In this document: positions 33,601-41,202 of the stretch, in pieces
Layout: each line of letters opens with the position of its first letter
Numbering within the stretch: position 1 is the first letter of the stretch
Origin: Naegleria gruberi
Taxonomy: Eukaryota
Length of the DNA stretch: 64,000 nt
NCBI GenBank assembly: GCA_000004985.1
Contig: GG738861.1
Direction: 5' to 3' (one strand)
Position numbers and translations under genes: made by a program
Notes under the pieces: generated by a model
What the model saw: the letters and a program-made list of their open reading frames with translations, nothing else
What the model was told of the DNA's origin: nothing
Databases searched by the model: none

Positions 33601-34703
33601 ATATCTGACCTATCTGCAAATTTTTGCCATCTTGTATTAACTTTGTAGTATTGTAATCTTAGTATTTCTCTCCAGTAGTTATAGAAATTACAAACAAATC
33701 CCTCCATATATGTTTTGGAATTCTTCTTCTCAATAGAAAAATCCAATTTTTTTTCCAATAACTTGTGTGTTGGTTCCTTGTACGAAATTGATGGCAGCGT
33801 CTGCATTTGTTCTAAAAGTTCATTCCTCTCCTTTCTATAATCCAAATAAGTTTTTCGTTGCTCACTGAAAGGCACTGAACTGAATTTAACTTTATCGGAA
33901 GCAGCTGTTGTCATTATCGACGATTTACCATCAACAATTTCATCCCTTTTCTTTTGTACTTTTTCCAACTCCAATTCCAATAATATTTCTGCTAGAGTAA
34001 CATTTCCCATCACGGTTCTCTCCACAACTGGTTCAGGAGCTTGTACCTTTGGTGTTTGTTTTTCTTCATCTGTTTCATCCTCTTCTTCCTCACCATCTTC
34101 CTGTGTTGTTTGGATTGGAAGTTGACTTGGCAAAGTTGGTTCCGAAATGTAGGAAAGAAAAAGGGGTTGATCCTTTAGCGAGTTAAAGAGAGGGTATTTT
34201 TTTTGCAGATCCTTTAGCACTACTAATTTCTTTTTTTCCAATTCATATTCTTCATCAATTAGTGTATCTGTATTATCATCAACAATTTCTCCTAGTTCTT
34301 GTACTACTTGTGATGCCAATTTGTTTCCATTAATTGCTTTCTCAACATTTGAGACTTTGATATCTAGAGAGGCATCATAGTAAGGGACTCTATCCTCTGG
34401 TGATATTTCTTCAATCTCGTGCTCCGTTGATGATGAAAAAGCTGAGGCTGTATCTACAAGTTCAACTGCACCATATGCTCTTGTTTGCCAATCATTATCG
34501 TTTGATGCAGTTAAATCGGATGGTGTTTCCTTAGCAGCAGCTTGTATGAGATTTTTTGCAGAGAGGCTGGCCTTAGTTTTTAATAATGGTTGTTGTTGTT
34601 GCTGTTGAGTTGTTGATGATACTTGTTGTTGATTACTAGAACTCCTAGATACAATGGGTTTCAATTTACGTTGTTGAGTTCCACCTCCAACAACTTGCTT
34701 CAT
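27696..34703 (-). CDS. Very large hypothetical protein (2335 aa): about 1400 aa helical/globular N-terminal part plus about 800 aa coiled-coil C-terminal part and an S/T/N/Q-rich tail
   Basis: A single uninterrupted 7-kb ORF. The C-terminal third shows heptad-like K/E/L/Q periodicity ('LEELEEKVEKYERW...LKERMKEKTNAID...'). I could not assign a family from sequence alone. Confidence 0.6.
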   Translation of the reverse strand: MKQVVGGGTQQRKLKPIVSRSSSNQQQVSSTTQQQQQQPLLKTKASLSAKNLIQAAAKETPSDLTASNDNDWQTRAYGAVELVDTASAFSSSTEHEIEEISPEDRVPYYDASLDIKVSNVEKAINGNKLASQVVQELGEIVDDNTDTLIDEEYELEKKKLVVLKDLQKKYPLFNSLKDQPLFLSYISEPTLPSQLPIQTTQEDGEEEEDETDEEKQTPKVQAPEPVVERTVMGNVTLAEILLELELEKVQKKRDEIVDGKSSIMTTAASDKVKFSSVPFSEQRKTYLDYRKERNELLEQMQTLPSISYKEPTHKLLEKKLDFSIEKKNSKTYMEGFVCNFYNYWREILRLQYYKVNTRWQKFADRSDIIERAQPMYQARTIRIQREFETASIREKDIQAQLGKSLSKNIIQPSDLQTIIRKQLYDIRSRRKVDQFLVKMNWLPYSERFNLFKKAFDLPGMQTDCRAPALSVVKTEIEDQLEMLKECVEMKKLPADETGQEFLYLVRNKFDAIFKAQSAKLKVLPYPYKDIDEKKAELASDTFTYLKESSWNRDEEFKSSQVFFPESSYLDQKQRILLTNDLRVDPQLQIECGFLHTTELQYARKRLKEQSDTHFKRARVEDEVQNYLNEGYVAERKTAESGEEEQSSNENKSLYNKISALYLLRFIRIREFKRKLLDLLNYFRSVEKRLYFDSTGYSIKQGGNSSTFIRKFFVAADDLEKATISDSLPLDVTYRDDKYSLHLKRDVVVRDANGLKVMYDSALSDYEELEERLLKIGSYFIERNQATHPKLQVDRFMVLESLLESETWYQDSKRKVIDCYMEAYEHCYEPKEQERLATAIMKVMRQTPKLNLESQYFSESYASEIICHELYHSLLKDIIKEQIKDERDYLSFIYEALEPTSERSGFPDNINTENYAQTELFPGSSKIAFLDFFPSIVTIGRIHEHLEKVVNNINGSFKFKNVLSLNAVKRAVLQQLIVEWKLISKEEKIQRALKNKLSDEIDDANLLEDPNELIYMLEGVIENERASKHNDDQENVVQRETEGGYHMSEKESTALQCFSNTIEMITLWKQLSKELHETEILSSVFISQSNMIGSTQQVTNPTLAPINFDNKDLFNESRMDTSEIRAQYLTNLAIVEFDSSMAEVNFTTFDGIKRLATSVGLFELRHVYQYQLLQKILYETAVKYNQTPMDEYFVNQEKKEFFLTSMNTNNDTSLFFTKEVLQELFLSFNNMKVPIRQRILKEYQKLSDSIIKSKRANTVRRYLRELKFRLSASFCSSMMAAIQPYILKCEVIEVVKEYRNLVSTIPEESGFSLGRPEHNVQVASHGVVSKNKDDHSNKCVLAKDGEVVNITYVPHYVQVMRTTFIQVNEEVDPSIENFSNLLQILQRIYLILRFWTVSIQATQRLYDVTLNEGNGLSKPLGDFCKALISELEHLRQPENPLSVIIYLSSKCDLLFHKYLLVLDNLKHKLRKENMNSYTIPEKYFLQLCNEKTEEAIIDSQFFTFSPCYMDEEIRIKYKGIDYQNAHILPLSCLKSFLLDFPDSERNYFSAEDANVSLCMEELLTEEKVYANSMPEQAIKIQVEFVKASVLMYRLRDIFLELSCENSKLMLMDEAKMEDLYNFTVFRKAKRIYEKQLKGLIATLEQKTTNDIFDVATQQKAKRKREKELRDKQVQILSQEISKLLISKHIQTMKENTSALKKELFAMEEKDFDDTTLDSKLDIFHNFLETLTTRGGKSTSKNGETIITIYEKELEKSLEEVGQKIRDWKNDYVQIVESKTSEIVDHLKRNLFSSEQKVKFLLYKRDVDRKSLKRRIDAEVDDKNYDLVFLVNNILWKNKELDHRLKEVKSEVRKELVGEYEDLVRSLYKELVSTNGKVAKFKKDFLQNLDQKFYEVRENTFFEIATQKDFGDASFKKKAIDVAMEDSELNKLRRENEDLKVQHTQLLALHKIRTVSLRSKYEKLIKDAELKRDEALKEFYASKYEVGLRENQLRQELLKTQQQLSNAEMEVEQLRKDLQLQIKNKQKLVNWKVKNAQLLEELEEKVEKYERWSHTNVDKLLLELEEKKREAGHYEKLKERMKEKTNAIDFKNQKTIETLKKKLVKEQSLKSKIMEQLETLKDYRDSTGQVDWQGKYHLLTEDFQQLTKENAILKNALERYASGQNEDVSSILMNAPLMLDGINGTPSPPSSGRKTASPSTLLRPITESESPQNGMNGIFMIEQTAAKKRPATSGAARAQAKANSNSSVTQQQLQQFKKASQAIGSISTTLSRPLTVLPTYGKDKYGAMPLQSRRSMSAGVRKQTLLNNVNSNVTSTANSASTSNNLVANSQPQSSLL

Positions 34704-34778
34704 TTTTTTGTATTGTCTTTGGCGGGAAAACTACAATTTCCAAATAAAAAGTTTGGTGGTATTTTTAAATGGATTTTA

Positions 34779-35708
34779 TTATCCCAACAACTTTGGCAAT
34801 TCTCTGTCAAGTTCACTATAAAGTAGAAAGTGATATCCTGTAATTTTATCCATCTCTTCAAAAGTTTGTTCAGGTAGGGCATTGTGAGCTTGGTCAAACC
34901 AATATTTCAGTGCATCATCCAAAGGTTCTTTTCCTAAAATTTCAAATTTACCTTGTTGTCTTGTGTGAATGAGGCCAATTTTATAAAAACACATGGCTTG
35001 CATTACTTTTAATTGCCATATTTCTTCTGGTGTGCTATAGAATTTTCCTTCCACTTCTCTCGATTCTTGAATACATCTCTGATAGGCTACAAGACATGAC
35101 TTGTACACTCCCTCTTGATATAATGTCTCACAATATCTGAAATAAAGATCAAATAAATTAATTCCCTTAAAATACGATGATAAGATTGTATCCTTGAATA
35201 ATGGGTCAATGCTCGATGAAAATTCCTTGTTTTTTTCCATAATTATTGAGATATCATCGGAATAATTTCCTAATAATTCAAATCTATAAAAAGTTTGATT
35301 TTGTAAAAACATGTTAATCATTTGATTTTGTAGTAATAATGCCTGATGAACTGGTATCGAAGCATTAAACTTTTTTCTAGCCTCCTTAGGTGGATTCATA
35401 CAAGAAAGTTTCATCAACTCTGTTGTGTACAATCCCAATTGATAACTAAATAAACTCATCCTATAAAAATTAATCTTCGGAAATAATTGGTCCTCCATTT
35501 TCACAGTTTGTTTTTGATGTTTAAATCGTTGATTATATTCCGCCAGTGTTGCATTAAATCTTTGCAATTCATTCAATAGCACAGGAACCTTATTATGTGG
35601 TCCATTAGTTTGTTCAATCAATTTCGACACGTTAAAATATGTTTGTCGGAAAGCCTCTTGTACATTGGAGGCAAAATGTGAAACCACTCCCTTCTTCATT
35701 TTTTTCAT
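34779..35708 (-). CDS. Hypothetical protein, 309 aa
   Basis: Real ATG and a clean ORF ending in TAA, 76 nt upstream of the 2335-aa gene's ATG. It is a separate gene with its own stop. No family recognised. Confidence 0.4.
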   Translation of the reverse strand: MKKMKKGVVSHFASNVQEAFRQTYFNVSKLIEQTNGPHNKVPVLLNELQRFNATLAEYNQRFKHQKQTVKMEDQLFPKINFYRMSLFSYQLGLYTTELMKLSCMNPPKEARKKFNASIPVHQALLLQNQMINMFLQNQTFYRFELLGNYSDDISIIMEKNKEFSSSIDPLFKDTILSSYFKGINLFDLYFRYCETLYQEGVYKSCLVAYQRCIQESREVEGKFYSTPEEIWQLKVMQAMCFYKIGLIHTRQQGKFEILGKEPLDDALKYWFDQAHNALPEQTFEEMDKITGYHFLLYSELDRELPKLLG

Positions 35709-35953
35709 CTTTGCATTAAATATTATAATAAATTTGAATTTATTGAATGTAAATAAATTATTGTTTCCTTTGTAAAAATTGTTAATATTTCAATCATAAC
35801 ACGTTTTTTCTCAAGAACTTTAAAATGTAATTTTTTGGAGGGAAATTTGAATTGTATTTGCGGAAATCAAAACAATTATCAAAAAATAGAACAAACTTGA
35901 AAAAGGAAGGGTTTTGTTTTTTCTCTCTCGGAATAAGAAGAATTGAATACAAT

Positions 35954-36955
35954 ATGATAGCAAGCCAGCCACCATCTGGAGAACATAAGAAAGAATGTGT
36001 TTGTGATACATGCAAGGAAATGGATGAAAAGGAAGGAGTTGTAGAGGAAGCCATTGTGGAAGAAAATAATGAAAATACAACAGCAAACACTACATCTTCC
36101 GATCCTTCTAAGGAATCAACCCTTACTGAGAAGGATATTAGCTTGGAAGAATTTGATCATTTACCTAAATCTCTTCAAAATAGACTGGGAGCTTTGAAAT
36201 TATTGAAAGAAAAGGGAAATGATTTGTATCGTCGTAATTTATTTGAGGAAGCAGTTGAGGAATATGCCAAAGTGGATCGTTTTATGGGTGTGCTCTTCAA
36301 AAAGACTGAAACTTCTCCTGAGGAGATGACCTATGTAATTCCTTTTCAAACAGCTTGTCAGCTCAACATTGCTCAATGTCTTATGAAAGTTGGAAAATAC
36401 TCAAAAGCATTAGATCACTTAGATACTGCAGAGGAATACAATAAGGAATACAAGGACAAGCCATCTGAAAAGAAAATACTTTTCAGACGTGCCAAATGTT
36501 ATCTGGACGGAATTGAAGTTGAAAAGGGCAAAGATTTAATGAAACAAGTGAAAGAAAAATATCCAGAAGATCCAGCTCTGATAAAACTTGTCGATGCTGA
36601 ATTGAAGAAGTATAAGGAGCAATTTAAGAGTGATCTTCAAAACTCTTCATTTAAGGGAATGTTCAATAAGAAGGAGCTGTATGATGATATGCCTGAACCC
36701 GTCATTAGTGTCACCCCAAGCCCAGAAACAAACTCTGAAACAATCAATGCAGAAAATGATCAAACAGACACAAACGAACCATTAACTGAACCAACTAACA
36801 ATAGACTCTCCACTAACGAAGTAAGCAATGAAACGTATGCTGCACTTGCTCAATTGATAGGAAATAATTCAACAAGTTATAATTTCCAACTCATTGTCAT
36901 ATTCCTTTTCTTGGCTATTGTTGTAGCAACAATACTCACTTATATACTTAATTAA
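35954..36955 (+). CDS. TPR-repeat protein with a C-terminal transmembrane tail anchor (about 334 aa from the ATG at 35954)
   Basis: TPR-like helices span 'LGALKLLKEKGNDLYRRNLFEEAVEEYAKV...QCLMKVGKYSKALDHLDTA...FRRAKCYLDGIEVEKGKDLMKQV'. The terminal hydrophobic helix is 'FQLIVIFLFLAIVVATILTYILN*'. The architecture resembles FKBP8 or plant-type Tom20 (TPR plus tail anchor). The ORF-track start at 35852 precedes the first good ATG. Confidence 0.5.
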   Translation: MIASQPPSGEHKKECVCDTCKEMDEKEGVVEEAIVEENNENTTANTTSSDPSKESTLTEKDISLEEFDHLPKSLQNRLGALKLLKEKGNDLYRRNLFEEAVEEYAKVDRFMGVLFKKTETSPEEMTYVIPFQTACQLNIAQCLMKVGKYSKALDHLDTAEEYNKEYKDKPSEKKILFRRAKCYLDGIEVEKGKDLMKQVKEKYPEDPALIKLVDAELKKYKEQFKSDLQNSSFKGMFNKKELYDDMPEPVISVTPSPETNSETINAENDQTDTNEPLTEPTNNRLSTNEVSNETYAALAQLIGNNSTSYNFQLIVIFLFLAIVVATILTYILN

Positions 36956-36999
36956 ACTATTCAGCTTTTATTTGTACTTATATTTGGTCAACCAACAAG

Positions 37000-37212
37000 C
37001 TATTTCTTTTCAGATACTTTCTTTTCATCTTCATTCAAATTTTCATCCTTTTCTCTGTTTTCTACATGAAACATGGAAAGGTTTTCCTTGATGAAAGTTG
37101 GACTATCAGAATAGTTAACATAAGCCAAAGATCTTGAAAGAGGGGATCTTGGTTCGTTTTGGAATGCTGTATCTTTTGATTGTTGCTTATTTTCCTGCTT
37201 ATTGTCTGACAT
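37000..37212 (-). CDS. Hypothetical small acidic protein (70 aa)
   Basis: Real ATG (caaaaaATGtca). The product is hydrophilic and K/E/N-rich. Confidence 0.25.
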   Translation of the reverse strand: MSDNKQENKQQSKDTAFQNEPRSPLSRSLAYVNYSDSPTFIKENLSMFHVENREKDENLNEDEKKVSEKK

Positions 37213-37318
37213 TTTTTAGTGTACTCAAATAACCTAACAGGTTCTCATTAAATAAATGAATTGAGAATATTTCCAAATTCAAATAAAATCCAAATTAGTT
37301 TAAATTTTAGTTTAAGAT

Positions 37319-39144
37319 TTATTCCATATCGACTGATGGATAACCCCAGTGTTTGAGTGGCATAAATGTTTCCTTAACAGCACGAACACTAGTCCATCTC
37401 AAAAGCATATACTCAGAACCAGCCTTATCATTTGTACCAGAAGTACGACTACCACCGAAAGGTTGTTGACCAACAATTGCACCTGTACTCTTATCGTTAA
37501 TATAAAAGTTACCAGCACTATGTCTTAATCTTTCAACACATTTGGAAATATCAGCACGATCACGAGCAAAGATGGCACCAGTCAAACCATAAGCTGAAGT
37601 TGAGTCAATTAACTTGAGAGTTTGATCGAGGTATGTTTGTTGAGAATCGTCATAAGCATAAATAGTTAAAACTGGACCAAAGACTTCTTGTTCCATAGTT
37701 TCAGAGTTAGGATCAGTTGTTTCAATAATTGTTGGTTCAACAAAGTAACCAACTTCCTTACTACAATTTCCTCCAGCAATAATCTTACATGATGGATTCT
37801 TTCTGGCTCTTTCGATAAATCCAGAAATTCTATCAAATGATCTTTCATCAATAACAGCACTAGTAAATGAGGTAGGATCATTTGGTTGACCAATCTTAAG
37901 CTTCTTAGTTTCTTCAACTAATCTATCTCTGATGGTAGCATATTTAGATTTTGGAATATAACATCTTGAGGTAGCACTACACTTTTGACCACTGTATTCA
38001 AAAGCACCACGAATAGTTTGATTAATAAAGTTATCGACATCACAGTTTGGATGCATCAAGTGGAAATTCTTACCACCAGTTTCACCAACAATTCTAGGAA
38101 TACTCTTATATTTTGGAAGATTAGTAGAAATTTCATTGTACAAGTATTGGAATGTCTTGGTACTTCCTGTAAAGTGAAGACCAGCAAAATTAGTATCATT
38201 CAAAACAACATCACCAAAATGAGATGGAACCTTGGTTGGAACAAATTGAATAACACCCTTTGGTAAACCAGCTTCTTCCAAAGCCAAATATAATAAATAA
38301 TTACTCAACAAGGCAGTTTCACTTGGTTTCCACAAAATAACATTACCCATTTGAGCAGGAGCACAAGCCAAATTACCACCAATAGCAGTAAAATTGAATG
38401 GTGAAACTGCAGCAACAAAACCTTCAAGTGCACGATATTCAACACGATTCCATGTTCCTGCACTGTGATGGTCAATTTGCTTTCCGAAAAGTTGTGATGC
38501 ATAATAAGCATTAAATCTCAAAAAATCTATCAACTCTGCACTGCTATCAATTTCAGATTGGTACATGGTTTTACCTTGACCCATCATGGTTGCAGCATTA
38601 ATCTTGTATCTATAAAAATCTGGGCTTGAAAGTAAATCGGCTGCCTTTAAGAAAATTGCACACTTGTATTCAAGAGGCATATCTTCCCATTCCTTTTTAG
38701 CAGAAAGAGAACCTTCAATAGCATGTTGGATAACTTGCTTATCAGCTCCGTGCATATGATAGAGGGTATGACTACGGAGGGAAGGCATTTCTCTGCTAAA
38801 TATTAAATCTTGATTAGATTGGTAAATACGTTCTCCATTAACAATGCAAGGAATTTCAAGTGGCTGACTCTTTAAAATCTTATCACATTCAGCCAATAAT
38901 CCAACTCTCTCGGATGATCCTTTAGCATAGGTTTTCTATTAAAATTGATCCCAAGTTTACAATAAGCACCAGATAACAATCCAAAAAAACATACCATTGG
39001 TTCATTAGTAATAGTTGGTAATTTAATTGTACCATGACTTGTTAATCTACTTGATGAAGTCATTGAAAAACCTCTCGTAGAACAAGTGGTCTTCATGCAT
39101 GTAGAGGAGACACTTCTAACTGTTGTTTGGACGGACTTATGCAT
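37319..39144 (-). CDS. ALDH4A1: Delta-1-pyrroline-5-carboxylate dehydrogenase (ALDH4A1/Put2-type, mitochondrial); two exons, with the presequence on exon 1
   Basis: Exon 1 is 39144..38995 and encodes 'MHKSVQTTVRSVSSTCMKTTCSTRGFSMTSSSRLTSHGTIKLPTITNEPM', which is basic, hydroxylated and non-acidic like a mitochondrial targeting presequence. The intron is 38994..38936 (59 nt, GTATGT...AATAG), in phase 0. Exon 2 is 38935..37319 and reads 'KTYAKGSSERVGLLAECDKILKSQPLEIPCIVNGERI...', collinear with ALDH4A1 '...ANEPVLAFTQGSPERDALQKALKDLKGRMEAIPCVVGDEEV'. The aldehyde dehydrogenase catalytic region is present (e.g. 'FEYSGQKCSA'). Confidence 0.85.
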
Positions 39145-39356
39145 TTTTTTTGGCTTTAAATGCGTTCGTGTTTTGTTTTGGTGGTGTTTGCTGGCTCCGA
39201 AAACATGAACTTTTTTGCTTGCTAGTCCCAATTTGTTGCCCTTCTTTTTTTCACAAGGCCCACACAAACGAAAATCTATCTACAATTTTGCCATGCATTC
39301 TTGAAAAATTGATAATGTTGTGAATTATGAGAATTATCCTCTCTATTGTGACTATC

Positions 39357-41129
39357 TTATTCCTCATCAGATGGTTCTTCCGTGTCTTCAATGAATGAAT
39401 TATCTTCTTCTGTCAAGCTGTTACTACAACTATTTGAGCTAGGAAGGAAATGATAAAAGGATTTCCAATTAATTATATTTCTGCGATTTTCATTTCTCAG
39501 TGCTTCACATGGGATAATTCCTTCAAGGGTTCGGAGAAGTTTATAATAGACATCCTCTTGACCCTCCTCTTTGAGTTGTGGTAGATAATTAAGGAGATTC
39601 GAATCTCCTTTAAAAATATTTTGGTACAAATGGTTTTTGAGCATTAATTGTTGAACCTCAAATCTTTTGAGATAGATATTCTCTAGTTCTTTCTTATTTT
39701 TAAAGTTGAACAATCGACAGGGGAATCTAGCCCTTCTCTTGTCAAATTTCTTGGCAAGATCTCGATGAGGAACAATAGTTTGAGTTGTTTGCTTATTCAC
39801 TCTCTTTGGTAACCATCTACAAATGTAACTATTTGGAATGTCTGAATAAATAATACTAGTTGATGTGATTTCTGGTTTTCTCTTATCCTTAGTGTTGAGC
39901 AGTAATTCTTTCTCCAATTGTTTCATTTCTTCCTCATTAAAACAAAATCTATTTTTGAAATCCTCAATATCATTAAATGATTCCTTTGCTTTCGAGCATT
40001 TAGTAATAATGGAGTTGTATCTATTTTGCATAGATATTTTAGGAGGTTGAGTAGCAGCTGTTTTCTTAGAATGAATATGTTTTGGAGGAATGAGGTGCCA
40101 TCCACTCTTTTTTGATAATTTGGAAGATAATTCCTCAACTCTTTCATTCACATCGTTGAAAGATTGTAAAACAGAAACAAAGTGTTGGAACCTCTCATCA
40201 ATTGTTACAAAGCTTAGTTTAGGTTCTTCCTCAGATTGTTGAATAGAGTTTTGTGGCTCTTCCTCAGGTTCCGTTTCCTCATTCAAAATTTGTTTTTGTA
40301 CAGGTTCAATATTTACATATTTTTCCTCATTCTCAACTACAGTTCTAGTTGCTGGCTCCTCCTCTCTAGTTCTAATTTTTCTTGCCATTGCAAGAATATC
40401 CTCAAGCTTTTTCTTCTGATTGCTTACTGGTTTTGGTTTTTCTGGAATGTTTGACTCAACTGGAGGAGTTTTGTTTTTTTCATTTACAGTTTTCGAAACA
40501 GTTCCTTTCTTTGCAGGTGTTGAGTTCTGGGCAATGGTTGCCTTCTTTTGAGGAATTGATTTTCTATTTGGTTGAGGTGTTGGTTCTGGCAGAATTTCCA
40601 CTTGCTTAGGTTTTGGTGTTTCTATTTGAGGGGGTTCAAATTTTACAGAGTTTTGCTCTTGTTTAAGTGGAATTGAGTTTGGAACCTTCCTTCTCCTATT
40701 CTTCTTGTCAATCAGTAATTGAGCATTTCTTTCTTCCAACATCTTTTTAATTTGAGCCCTCTCAATCTGTTCCTTTTGTTTTAAAAACACAAATTCTTTC
40801 AATGCCTTTTTAGTGGAAGCATTCACAGATGAAAATACCAAATTAGCAATTTCCAAATCCTTCAATATTGGCTCCAATATTTTCCTATTCAATTTTAATA
40901 ATTTAACTCCCAATTCATTTGTAATCACCCCACTGCCATTTGTATTTCTCCTCTCCGAATTAAAACTATTTGAAACATTTTCATAAATATTTGGCGATGA
41001 TTCATCTCCAGTTGTTGGTGTTGTATTTTTGATTGGTGTCATTGCTTCAAAGTTGTTTGTTATTTCCGAAGTTCTTGCCTCTCTAGATTGTATGATGGTG
41101 TATTGAGGGAGCAAGGTATTTGGTAGCAT
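39357..41129 (-). CDS. Hypothetical protein (590 aa) with a K/E/P-rich central region
   Basis: Long clean ORF. The low-complexity charged middle is flanked by more ordered N- and C-terminal regions. No family recognised. Confidence 0.45.
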   Translation of the reverse strand: MLPNTLLPQYTIIQSREARTSEITNNFEAMTPIKNTTPTTGDESSPNIYENVSNSFNSERRNTNGSGVITNELGVKLLKLNRKILEPILKDLEIANLVFSSVNASTKKALKEFVFLKQKEQIERAQIKKMLEERNAQLLIDKKNRRRKVPNSIPLKQEQNSVKFEPPQIETPKPKQVEILPEPTPQPNRKSIPQKKATIAQNSTPAKKGTVSKTVNEKNKTPPVESNIPEKPKPVSNQKKKLEDILAMARKIRTREEEPATRTVVENEEKYVNIEPVQKQILNEETEPEEEPQNSIQQSEEEPKLSFVTIDERFQHFVSVLQSFNDVNERVEELSSKLSKKSGWHLIPPKHIHSKKTAATQPPKISMQNRYNSIITKCSKAKESFNDIEDFKNRFCFNEEEMKQLEKELLLNTKDKRKPEITSTSIIYSDIPNSYICRWLPKRVNKQTTQTIVPHRDLAKKFDKRRARFPCRLFNFKNKKELENIYLKRFEVQQLMLKNHLYQNIFKGDSNLLNYLPQLKEEGQEDVYYKLLRTLEGIIPCEALRNENRRNIINWKSFYHFLPSSNSCSNSLTEEDNSFIEDTEEPSDEE

Positions 41130-41202
41130 TTTTTGTATGATTTTAGGAGATCAGCAGTTAATTCTGATAATTGAGATAATTTGTTGAGTATTAATAGATT
41201 TA

